From assembly GCA_964187785.1 (NCBI GenBank), contig OZ076409.1:85252001-85316000 (forward strand): a stretch of DNA of 64,000 nucleotides, in the 5' to 3' direction. The translations under genes and the position numbers were made by a program. The stretch's first letter is position 1. Each line of letters opens with the position of its first letter. Below, one piece after another: positions 27,701 through 39,650 of this stretch. The notes beneath the pieces are model-generated. The model was not told the DNA's origin, made no database searches, and worked only from the letters and a program-made list of their open reading frames with translations. The DNA comes from Amphiscolops sp. MND2022 (lineage: Eukaryota).

Positions 27701-28079
27701 CTTATTTTTTGAAAACACCGGGGCTACTGTGGGAGAGACGGGTTTCCTGTACGTCAGTTTAAGAAATCAAACCAGTAAGGTACAACGAATTAAAGGGGTA
27801 CCCATTACAGCGCATAGGCAAGCTATTTTGCTGCTTGTCGTGGAATCCGGGACAGAAAATTTGAGAAAAGCTGTGGAATCCAGGACAAAACCTCCCTTTG
27901 ATATTAAGCGTGTCTTGGATTCCACGACTGTGCGTGTCCTGAGTTCCACGCCAAAACTGCTGCTATAATGACGTTTTTGCCACTGCTCTCTGATTGGTCC
28001 GCTGATTTTGAGTGATAATTATTGGAAAGGGAGAAAAACCCTAAAAAATCAATTTTAAATCATTTGAAACTGTTTTGAT

Positions 28080-28279
28080 NNNNNNNNNNNNNNNNNNNNN
28101 NNNNNNNNNNNNNNNNNNNNNNNNNNNNNNNNNNNNNNNNNNNNNNNNNNNNNNNNNNNNNNNNNNNNNNNNNNNNNNNNNNNNNNNNNNNNNNNNNNNN
28201 NNNNNNNNNNNNNNNNNNNNNNNNNNNNNNNNNNNNNNNNNNNNNNNNNNNNNNNNNNNNNNNNNNNNNNNNNNNNNNN
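28080..28279. other. Assembly gap (200 N)
   Basis: Run of N. Confidence 1.
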
Positions 28280-28772
28280 ATCTTAGGCTCAAAAATATTC
28301 AAGGAACAACTATTGTAAAAATTTGGAAAAAAAATTTTCAAAAAAATTATTTTTGAATTTTTTTTTCGAAAAAGTATTTTTTAAGTCGCAAAATGCCGAA
28401 AAACTCAAAAAAAGGCCATTCAGGCTCATTCAACGTTTTCTACAAACCGAAAATTTCAAAAAAAATGCAAGGGGGTACCCTTTGATAAATTTCAAAAATT
28501 TTCGAAAAAAGTCGCATAGTGCCGAAAAAAACCCAAAGGGGGGCCCTTTGGTCTCACCTGTACTTTTGGAAGCATTAAAAAATTTATGGTTTAGTGCGAG
28601 AATCGAACCCACGCACTCCGGCTGGGTCGAAGATGGAAGATGAACAAATATGAAAGATGAACAAATTGTAAGAAAAGTGGACCACTCAGAGTGAGATTGT
28701 CAACTGAAAAAAAAACTACTCACTGTAAGAGTCGGGCTTTTTTCCTTAAGGGAAAAGGCGCCGACTAAAAAA
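28280..28772 (-). mobile_element. HINE/Helentron-like non-autonomous repeat, truncated by the gap
   Basis: Ends GGCGCCGACTAAAAAA (sub-terminal IR); TCTTAGGCTCAAAAA and AAAGGGGGGCCCTTT blocks shared with the 36966-37443 and 45697-46272 copies. Confidence 0.65.
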
Positions 28773-29449
28773 TAAACGTACTTGGGGAAACTTTGAAAAA
28801 ACAAATCTTTGTGTACCATAATATTCATTTTGCATGATCATTATTGGAAAGGCAGACGAACCTAAATTAGGTCAATTTTATTTCAATTGAAATTGTCTTG
28901 ATTGACACCAAAAATCCCAAAGTACGAATCGAACTACTCATGGCTGGTACCAAAATCGCAGCATGTGATCAAATAGTGGCAGATTGTGATGATCTGACAG
29001 ATTGTTCAAAACTGGTACTAAACTTTGAAAAAAAACGAGTATTTGTGAAACATTGATGAGTTAGTTTGAGCAGTATTTCCATGACACGAATACGGTTAAT
29101 TAAAATTAAAACATTGACGTGCTACCCCCTTTGGTAGCTGGTGTCCTACAGTTTAAGATATGAATGTGGTTTCCACGACACATGTATAACAATATGGTCC
29201 TACTTTCTATAGTTGTTTTCATGCATGGCCATTGAACAATGAATGCTATTTGATGGAAACCAAGTCGATATGCTCAAAATGGTGGAAACCAGGACAATAC
29301 AGTCAGATTTAAATATTGACGTACTACCCCCTTTGGTAGCTGGTTTCCTACAATTTAAGACGTGAATGTGGTTTTACTTTTCATGGTCATTTTAGGACTA
29401 TTCAAGATCGAGTTCTTTCAATGAATGTCAATCTAATAAAATGGTTTGC

Positions 29450-31090
29450 TATCCCTCAAATTGCTCCTTAGCAACCACCTAAAAATAACTCTGCTACAAA
29501 TTGTGTTTATGGAGTTTATGAACACATGAATAAAGAAACTAACTCTGAATATAGTTCTTCGTCTGGACTCGAGTTTTTATCTTCAACCGATCCGTCCGAA
29601 GGCGACTTGTCTGAACGCGAAATCAAAAAATGTACCGACCCGGAAGTATTGGCCCCGATCCTTTGCCCCAAAGCGCAACTCGGCGAAGTCCGGAACTCAT
29701 GGGGTACGACCGCGCAAAAAATTCTTAACCGATTTTGATGACCTTTTTATGAAATATAAAGCTGATATTGGTAAATGCAAGATTGCAAAGCACCCGATGG
29801 AAGTAGAGCCAGGGGCTGTACCCCACAGCGAAGGTGCACGTCGAATGTCCCCGGAAAAAGCAGAACGTGACAACTGTGAAGTACGTGACCTCTTGGCACT
29901 AGGCATGAATCAACCTTCACTATCTCCCTGGGCAAGTGGAATCGTCGTGGTCAAGAAGTAGAATTGCGAACTGCTCTTCTGCTGTGACTTCCGCCGCCTG
30001 AACGAAGTATGAATCAAAGACGCCTATCGCCTACCCCGTATTGATGAAAACCTTTCACGATTGGACAAAGCAAGAATCTACACTAGCATTAACCTTGCAT
30101 GGGCATTTTGGCAGTATCCAGTGAGGATAGCCGGCAGTCAACAAACTGCCTTTGCCTGTGAACTTGGCCTTCTCGAATGGCGCCGCATGCCCTTTGGGAT
30201 TTGCGATGCTTCGGCAACATTTCAACGTGCTATTGCGCGAGCGCTACAAAAGATAGTCAATCGTGACGGCAGCATGGTTATGGCATACAATGATGATATT
30301 GTTATCGCCGCGGAAACGGTCGGGGACATGGAGCGACTACATGAAATTTTTCAATGGTTACCCGAAGCAGGCTTAAAGATGCGCGTCCCCAAATGTGACT
30401 TCTTGAAGTCCGAGATCAAATACCTTGGTCGTACCACCCGAAGGTATCAAACTTGATCTCAAAGCCGTTGCCAAACTCCGAGACTGGGATATTCCCCGCA
30501 ACAAGACCGAGTTTTTGGGATTTGCAGCAAACAATTGACTCTATTCCCTGGCATGCCAAACTCGTTGCTCCTCTGCATGCAATTACCGGCACCGGCACTC
30601 CATTTTTCTGGGGGGAGGATCAACAACAACTTTTCAACGGAAGCTAACTGTCCATAACTGAAGCCACAGCCTTGGCAAAACCAGACTCCGAAAAAGAATT
30701 TGTCGTAGACACAGACGCTAGCGGCGTGGCAACATCAGGTATTCTCCACCAGTGGCAAGGACCCCCTGACAGCAGAAAGCTGCGACCAATTGTGTTTCGC
30801 AGAAAAAGATCACAGCTACCTATGCCTTCGAAAATTTACCTTGAGAGTGGACAAACAGGCCCTGCCCTGGTTGAGACCTTACTGAACAGACCTAACAATC
30901 AGTGGCCGCTGGATCATGGCCTTAGAAAAGTGTCATTTCAGCATAGTACATCGCCCAAGAACACAACAAAGAAACGCAGACGGACTCAGCAACCGAATTA
31001 TTACAAGAAACACGAGCGACAACTGGGAGAATTACCCCCAGTCGCAGAGAAGTGGAACTTCCTGTCCCAAGAAGAGTACGACAAACTCTT
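29450..31090 (+). pseudogene. pol: Ty3/Gypsy pol (RT and RNase H), decayed, truncated before integrase
   Basis: SPWASGIVVVKK, FCCDFRRLN, KDAYRLPRID, TAFACELGLLEWRRMPFG, ATFQRAI, AYNDDIVI (YxDD), KCDFLKSEIKYLG; RNase H EFVVDTDASG. Multiple stops and frameshifts. Confidence 0.95.
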
Positions 31091-32198
31091 TCTGACCGTC
31101 ACTGACGTTTCATAAAGCAGAAATAAAACAAATCGAAATGCTGTAATATTTACCTGGTTATACTAGATACAAACTTAGAGACTACATGATACAAGTGGAA
31201 TTCGAACCAGTACCTTATATCTGAAACGTTCTATTAGATGAAAAAAGAAACGGAAAAATCTCACATGGATTTAAAATTTAAAAACCCAAAAAAGGAGGTT
31301 GAAAATGTCGCGGATCGTCGTCTGACACAAACCCGTACCAGGCAATTTTCTGCTAGATTTTACAAAGTTTTACAAAAAAGAAGTTTTTATCAGAAATTTA
31401 CGATTTTGCCGCTACAAGACGATAAGTTCGTTGATTTTTGAACTGAAATTGGAAAATTGATTCTTTGGAATTTTATCTTAAAATTTTATCGAGAACTCGT
31501 TTTTTTCGGAAGTTTGTTAGAATCAATCGAATACAAGAAAATACTTGAATATATTGTTGACAATTAAACTTCCTGCCTATTCTATTGAATAGGTAGGACT
31601 TTTCACCAATGAAAATAGGACGTTTTGATTTTCCGCTCAGAAAAGTATTCCCCGAGTAAATTGATAGACAAGTTTTTCTAATTTTTCCAAAAAATTTCAC
31701 GTTTATTTATATGAAAAAGTTTTCACAAATCCGCTCAGTTTCACGAATTTGTTTCGTCTCACTAGCACACGTAGATAAATTTGTTTACGTCTGGAAGTAA
31801 CGTCTGTATATGTAAAAATCTCCAAGGGAATCTCGTAAAGAAATTCCAAGGTGTCTGTCTTTTGAAACTTGGATTCTGCTCGAAAAACCCAACCTAGCAT
31901 AATCTTGGTTCCTGGTCAGTGATAAGAGGCCAGAAGAATTCAGTAATTCCACGTATGAGCTTTGAATTGGACAAGAAGTGTTCAATATTGGTGCTCAAAC
32001 CTTGGTCCTTGGTACTTATCCTTCATTCGTCATGTTATGGACATACTGGCGTTGAAGGATTGTGCTGCAAAACTACGTGTGCACTTTTGACCTCGGAAGT
32101 TTGACTTCGTTCTGAAATCCCCCTTGTTAATAAAAACTTCAATTTGACAAAGAAAGTCATTACTGGAGAAAATTTAAGTGACAATTTAAGTGACAATT

Positions 32199-32455
32199 TA
32201 AACGTCAAATGAGTTATGTGTATTTAATGCATCATATATATCACTCTGGAAACTGTCAATGAAAAGGTTGCACTCGCTTAAGTTTTCATTGACAGTTTCC
32301 AGAGTGATGCATATGATGCACTAAATATAAATAACTCATTTGACGTTTATATTCTCTTGAAGGAACCACAAAGTTTCCGAGGAGCTCTTATATATAAGAG
32401 CTCCTCGGAAACTTTGTGGTTCCTTCAAGAGAATATAAACGTCAAATGAGTTATG
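32199..32455. repeat. Overlapping double hairpin: imperfect IR 32199-32349 plus perfect 124-bp palindrome 32331-32454
   Basis: Read directly; the palindrome is centred on CTTATA|TATAAG with no spacer. Confidence 0.95.
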
Positions 32456-32751
32456 CAAATATATCCATATATGCAAATAAGGTTGTAAGTCAACTGAACA
32501 ATTGGATGAGTTTCTGAATGATTTACAACTTACCTAAAATTACCTTACAATTAACGTTATCACTCTCTTAAATACATGCCTCCAATTGAAGGTTTCAGAG
32601 ATCCGTAAGAGAAACTTCTCGTTCCCATGAATTTCTAGCCATTTGAGGTATTGCTTCTTGGTTCTGTTTTTTTTTCAGTAACATGAGGATGTTGAATTGG
32701 ATGGTCTATTGGATGTTGAACATATAAACATAGATAATGATGAAAAAAACA

Positions 32752-33105
32752 GCCGACTTTCAAAATAGGACAAAACAACCGATTTTAAAAAAGTACAAAA
32801 TCGCCGATTGGTAAAAATAAAAACCGCAGATGTTGTCAATGCGTAAGATTAGCAGTCAATAAAATTATTATTATAACGTGGTCAACTATGTTCACATACC
32901 ATGTTCACAAGCGGAGCGACGTGCCATATGGCCATGCCTCAAGGTTGCTACTTGGCGAAGAGAGCGAAGCGACAGAGCCATACAACAAATATGAACCTCT
33001 TCAAATAAATTAAGTTCCATACATATTGGCTGTAACAACACTCATTTTGTTCCGTTTTGACAATCGGCTGTTTTGTCCCGTTTTAAAATTGGCTGTATTG
33101 TCCCA
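32752..33105. mobile_element. Small MITE-like element with repeat-built inverted ends
   Basis: ~22-bp units (GG)ACAAAACAGCCGATT at ~32752-32820 are mirrored as AATCGGCTGTTTTGTCC at ~33045-33105. Confidence 0.5.
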
Positions 33106-33481
33106 CGTCGCTTGTACCTTATTCAAACAAAATAGTGTGTCCAAAAACAATGAGTTTTTGATTCTTAATTCATCGCGGAGAAGAATACGTATTATTTACC
33201 GCGATGAATTTAAATTCAAAAATGCATGTTCTGCAAGAGAGCAAAAACCAGGAAGTTTTTCTCAAAATTCGGAAACGTTAAACAAAATCAAGTTTTCCCC
33301 TGCACGTTTCCCTTGAACATGATGAAACAACTACATCAAATTCAATTCAAATGAATAGGATTCCAATTTAATTGAACATCAACGCAGCGTTAACAGCCAA
33401 TTTTGAACTATTTTAAACGAAAGCAAATGTAGCTCGGGACGCGCGCAGCAAGCCGACGCCTCAGTGGAGCGAACATAACGT

Positions 33482-34297
33482 CCCATGTTGAGCACTCCCT
33501 GCGAATCTGTACAGATCTGTACAGATCCTGACAGATATTCCAGGATTTTTCGAAAATTAACTAGTCAAAAAACAGTTTTGAAATTGAAATTAGTTGAATA
33601 AAAAGTGCTCTACAAGATACACACGCCTCCTAGTTGAAGTTTTGAAAAAAAATTTCTGTGCGAATCTGTACAGATCTGTACAGATCCTAACAGATATTCC
33701 AGGATTGGTCGTAAATAAACCATACGAAAATGACCAGTAAATTACTATAACGTATTCCAAGTTTCCAGCAATTACTAAAAAGACTCCAGCTAACCATGTT
33801 CCCGAAATATTACATCAACAACACTTTATCAACACATCGACCAACCCAGAGGGATGCCACATGTCAAATTTTATCTGTCAAAACGAAGTCAATATGGCAA
33901 ACGAGCCTTTCAAAGTTCAACAACCACTTCTGGAAAGTTCGAGTGAAATGGATAAATTACCGTGTTTTACCAAAACCACAGTTTCTCCAGTCACCAAGAT
34001 TACCTTGATAGGGACAAGTTTTCCTGCTCAAGAATTTTGAGTGATTGAGATTTTCAACTGACTGAGCCTTGGTCAGCAAAAATACTTATTGAAGAAGCCC
34101 GAAAATGCAATACATTGTTTCCCAGAAGCTCCACAAAAAAATTTCCTGAAAAATCTGTACAGAAAATCCTTGAACATCTGTAAAGATCCTTGCAGATCTG
34201 CAGTTGTCCTTACGTAGCAGTGGCACGATCTTTACAGATCTTCAAGGAAAAAAGGCTCACAGATCTGTACAGATTCTCAAGGAAAGCTCAACATGGG
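33482..34297. mobile_element. Non-autonomous TIR element, CMC-like
   Basis: TIR CCCATGTTGAGC/GCTCAACATGGG; GT on both flanks (2-bp TSD); subterminal TACAGATCTG repeats. Confidence 0.8.
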
Positions 34298-34799
34298 GTA
34301 ACGTGCCAGCAAACCGACACAATTGATTGTCTGAAACAAAAGGCCGCTAAGCACCGGGATATTTTCTGCCTATTTAGTTATTTCAGTTACTTGACTAATA
34401 TAGTTACTAGTAATAAACTACTTGTAACTACTTGACTATTTTAGTTACAAGTAACTGAAATAGTCAAATAGTGGATGGAGATCGTGGAGATTTGGCAGAA
34501 TTTACTACTAGTAACTACTTGAATATTTTTAGTTACTAATTAAAATAATCAAGTAGTGGATGGAGATCGTGGCGATTTGGCAGAATTTGGAAAAAAGGCA
34601 GCACTGGTCATGATTTTCCTCCCCCATTATATGTGGGCGGGAAATAATAACATTAATAAAAACAAGTTATCTAAATTTAGATACGTCATAGTTCATTCAT
34701 TGAAATGATGCCTAAATTAATCAATCAAGCAAGATTGTTGGGTTTTCACTTTAGAAAACCAAATAATGTTTCAACCTCGTCTTTGATATTTCTTTTATC

Positions 34800-35700
34800 A
34801 AAAAGAATAAAACTCGCGGAAATTTACAATACTACAAATGCATCACTTGCAATTGCTCTTCGAAGTGGAGTATTGAATCGACTACTGAAACGATTGTTAA
34901 TCAACTTGGTCACTGTTTTCATTTTCGGCCAGCTGAGAAAATTGTAGACAAAGAATTTAAATCCGCCGTTCTTAAACGTACCAAAACTAACCCAACCACT
35001 CTCTTGAATGATATTTACAAGGAAGAAATTCAGAAACACGATGCGGAAAGGTTTACGGTACCCTGGTACAATCAATTCAAAAGAAGTATGTTTCGAGAAC
35101 GCGCCCAATGTTCGCCCTCTGTTCCGAAAATCTTCGAACAAAAAACAGTTCTTACTTGATAAGGAGCCATGAATGTTGAGTTTTTTGACAAACCAATGTC
35201 TCGAAGTTTTGATCAGATCAAAACGTATTTTTCTCCATTGAACCTTCAAAAACAGCACCGCAGCCGTTTTCGCAAATTTACACACTGTTCGAGATTACAA
35301 AAGAATGGAAGTTGTAGTTTTGGCTTTATTGGGCTCAAAATCTGAAGATGTTTATTCCTACTTGTTCGAAACTTTGATTATCGAGGGCTATGAAAAATTT
35401 AGCGTGACACTTATGCCGGAGCTAATAGTGACAAAATATGACTGGGAAATATTCCAGCAATCAAAAAGATTTTCTTCGTTTCTCAGCATAAAGGCTAAGG
35501 ATTCCACTTCTCTGATATTTTATTGAATGTTTCATGATCTGTCATTTATACCACTGAACAAAGTTCCTCAAGCTTTCAACAGTTGTGGAAACACATTTCG
35601 GAAAACAAATTATGATTATCCTAAATTGGAACCAATCTTTAATTACGCATTACGATACATATGCCTTAAAAGTGGATTTTATCATCACGTGTAAAGTGTA
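34800..35700 (+). pseudogene. Decayed MULE/Mutator-like transposase
   Basis: RIFLH*TFK (DGTFK position), VVLALLGSKSEDVYSYLFETL, LMPELIVTKYD, FHDLSFIPLNKVPQAF and PIFNY occur in the usual MULE motif order. Confidence 0.65.
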
Positions 35701-36965
35701 TTTTCCGTAAAACGAGAGCTGACCGTATGTTAGTTAAACATTGCATGGTGTTCATCGTGGATTCTGATGCACAGTGTAATCAGAAATCGCGGATTGTGAT
35801 CATTGTGCGTAATTAGAGATAAATGGAAACCAGTAAAGAATTTTGGTGAAACCGTGATTAAAAATAAGTCCAAACAATGCTTCCATCGGTGTGTCAAGTG
35901 GAAGCCAGTCGAAGTACGCAATTGTAGAGAGCCTAAAGTATACTTACTGTATTTTGATCAATGTTGTTACAGGGTAACGAGCAAAACTCGTAACGCGTAT
36001 CAAATATAGGAACTCTGCTTTTGGCTGTTAATCGAACTAGCAAGATCTTGCTAGTTAGTTGCGGCATATGTATCGTTTTGCGTCAAAAATCTTTGGATAT
36101 TTGAAGATCTTCCACTGGAACTCTGCATTGTTTTTGATTGACAATTGACGATGTGGTCAACCAAAAAGTGTAAAAACAGGAACCGGGTGCTGGAACAACG
36201 ATGTTGGAATTTCTACTCTAGATTTTTGGAAACTTCTCAACAAATTGAGAGATCTCGCTTTGGAATCACGTCTCGATATTCGAAGAACTTCAAGGGGAAA
36301 GAAAAGAAATACAGGAACTTTGATGATGAAATTCTGCGACTCAAATTTTCTTATTTTGATGGATCATTTGCTTGTAAATGAATTTGAACAAAATAGCAAC
36401 CGTTTGTCGAAGTGTATAAACATATTTTGCGTAGATAGAATTTATGGAATTGGTCGAATATATTGTAGATAGTTTGATTGTTTGTAACTATTGTTTTGAA
36501 TTTTGACATTGATTGTTTTTTGATCGATATGGCAATAATTTGTTTTGAGTAAACGTTTTGAAAAGACGTTCGTGAGGGGTAAATAGAGGCAAAAAATCTG
36601 TTTTAGGCATAAGTAAGGCCATTTTTCACTTCAGGACTAGCGTTAACAGTGATACGTTGACCTTCCGTAGAACTTAATCTAGGTTTTTCCGAAAAAAATA
36701 CAGCCGACAAACATTTTTTATCTCGGTTTAGGTTTTTCGAAAAAAAATGAGTTTTTTGCGAAACACAAATATGTACGCTTTTATTAAAACTTTGTACTAT
36801 CACAAACCTCTCATTTTGCGAGTTTGAACTTGAAATGAATAAATTATAGAAAGATGAATTCAAAATGTCGGCTTGTGGTCATGTTGGCTTCATGGCGTGT
36901 CGGCTTAATGCATCACTTCCAGGTAGCTCTTGTTGATTGCAAAATACTCTCTCATCACTGTTCAG

Positions 36966-38097
36966 TTTTTAGTCTCCGCTTAAATATAAAAAACATCCCG
37001 ACAATAACAGTCATTAGTTTTTTAGGCGGCGCTTTTTGTAGAAAAATGCAGACTAAAGCACTGACGTTTCTTCTTCTTCCAGACCAACGACGTAACGTTT
37101 ACTGTCACTTGGCATAGAGGTATATTAGCATTTTTGAGGTCTGCCAACCAGAAGGACATGGGTTCGAGTCTCGCCCTTGACCAAAGTTTCTTGTTCATGT
37201 TACTCCGGCTTTGTGAGACTTTTTTTCGCAAATATTTCCCCCTTCATTTATCAATACTTTGCAGTATGGATGGTCAAAAAATCCCAAAGGTTCCCCCCTT
37301 TCACATTTTTCGGCACTATGCGACTTACAGGAGTCCTTTTCCCTCATTCGGGTACTTTAGAAGAGAACACTTGATACTTTGAAGTCTTTTTGCTATTTTT
37401 GAGCCTTAGATATGGCGCCCACTTGGGACGTTCCCGGCTTGTTTTAATTAGGACAGACTCGAATGCGACGAAATTTTTGTTCAATTTTTCAACTAAACGA
37501 ATACCTGGGAAACGCATCTAGGTTTTTGCAAAGGGTCCCCTCTTTCCTTTTTTACCTTTTTAACGTAACCTGCAAAACCGGACAAGACTAAATGCATTTT
37601 CTTTGGAACCCTGGCTTTTTTTGCAAAAATTTTTTAATGTCTCCAAAGGGTGCTCCCGGGAGGCCTTCATTTTTTTTTATTTTTTTGCAACAAAGTGAAT
37701 GTTAAAAATCCAATTGGTTCCCCTTACAGATTTTTGACACTGAGGTTTTTTTCAAAATTCTCATTTTTCGTCTGATATTAGTTTTGACAATATCTATCCA
37801 ATGTTTTTCTGAATACTATCCAAATTTTTGACGCAATATCCGAAGTGAAGCGCTATATCCAAATTTCTTACGGTGTATCTGAACTACATTGCATTTACCA
37901 AGGAGGAGGCGGAGGTTCGAAAACAAGCGCTCCCTTTTGTTCCAGCACGCTATATCCGAACCTCTGAAGCGTTCTCCGAGCTCCAAAGGCACCTTTTCGG
38001 TGTTTCGGAACTTCTTTGTGTTTTCTATAATGTGCTGAGCTTATTTCAAAAACAAAGCCTTAGGTGTAACGCCGACTTGAGGCGTTTCCGTCGTGTT
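36966..38097 (+). mobile_element. Two adjacent HINE/Helentron-like repeats (36966-37443, ~37450-38097)
   Basis: 5' TTTTAG(T/G)C..CGC; 3' GAGCCTTAGATATGGCGCC.ACTTGGGACGTTCCCGGCTTGTT (sub-TIR plus hairpin, TT end); B-box-like GGGTTCGAGTCTC at 37160. Confidence 0.65.
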
Positions 38098-39650
38098 CTT
38101 TCTAGCTGCCAACGTGAAGATACGACTCGTTTTTTTTTGGTCGATTCACTTAATGTGTGAAGTTGTTTCACTTGAAGTAAAACCGGTGTATTTTAAACAA
38201 AAAAAACTATTGTTATTGGTTAACGCTTACGTTGAGTTCGATAATTGATTACTGACACTTAGTTTTAATAGTATTGGGTTTTTGCACACCGTGGTTGACA
38301 ACCATTTATGGAAATTTGTTTTTTTTGGTGAATAATCATGGCCTGGCGTTCGCTTGAAGGCTTTTGATTGAAAATATTGAAAACCTTTCCTGCCTTAAGA
38401 GCTTGTATGACTGCCGGAATTTGAGGCGTCATTCAAATAGTGTGAGTTAGCAGTGCTTTATCATTAATTAAAAGTATTTTTTAATGAAGTTCATCAGGTA
38501 AACGCTTTTCAAAACGTGTCTGGGTTCATGGAGTAAAACGAGTCCAGAATAGATTTTTTGAATCAATTTTTTTGAGAAACGTTGCTTTTGAAATACTTTC
38601 TTTTTAATGAAGCTGGCCCCATGTATCACATGTACATTGACTAAATTTTCACCTTCAAGTTGTGTAGTCTTGACCAGCGCCGAGGAAGTTTTCAGAGGCA
38701 TATGCTCTAAGGTCGAAGATCGAAAGCCAATCAAAGTAGAGATGAGACGGTATACCAACCACTCAGCATGCTAGGAGCATTGCAACCCAAACCAGCTTTA
38801 TTAAATGAAACTCGAACCAGTCTGGTATATTGGCGTTAGGGCATTTATAGTCTCAAGAGGGAATTAGGCGTGAATCCAATCTAATCTCAGGGTGGGTAGG
38901 ATTGAAATTTAATTGTCTCAAATCCACCTGAACTGTCTGCACCGTCTTTACTTATTAAGTTCATTTCAAATCTCTTTGGCAGGAAAATACACTACAGTAA
39001 TCTTTTCCATTGACTCAACAGTGTCACCGAGTATGAAAATCTCAATTTCGAAATCGAACTGCTCAATCAAAAATGTATTTATCGAAAAATATTTCGAATA
39101 CATGTATCAAAAAATCAGACGATGAGAATGTAAAGCGGATGTAGTAAAAATGTCTGATAAAATTTAGAGTAAAGAACCTCGGGTCAATTTGGACAAAATT
39201 GACCATCGCTATAGCTTGATAAATTGACAAATTGACATTTTTATATCCGCTCTTCTCAGAATCTGGTGCCAAAAAGATACGCTTTTAACAGCACCGTCTA
39301 GCATACACAACGACGACGATGATGGTGGTGACGAAACTCAGAATTTGTGAAATATTCTAATCGAAATTTTGACGTGGCATTGAGCAAGTGATTGCTATTC
39401 TCGCTTTTTCCGCTGTTTTGCATATAACATGAAGTCAGAACGAAGAACAGATGGAGGGGGCTGAAAAGCTTTGAAGAAGGCTATATTAGAATGTGCTAGA
39501 ATCACCAATTTGAGGATAGTTATGCGATTTAGCATAATTCTACTCAATGCAGTGATTACATCCTTCTAAGAAGAGTCTTTTTGCCTAAACTACAAACCCG
39601 TGCCTGTGGAGCCCCAGTTGATTATTGTTGTATGGTCGTGATAATTGTTA

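Noticed and set aside
28041..28356. ORFs spanning X runs
   Set aside because: Artefacts of the N gap.
37105..37185. Functional tRNA gene
   Set aside because: Acceptor and anticodon stems do not pair convincingly, and it lies inside a dispersed repeat.
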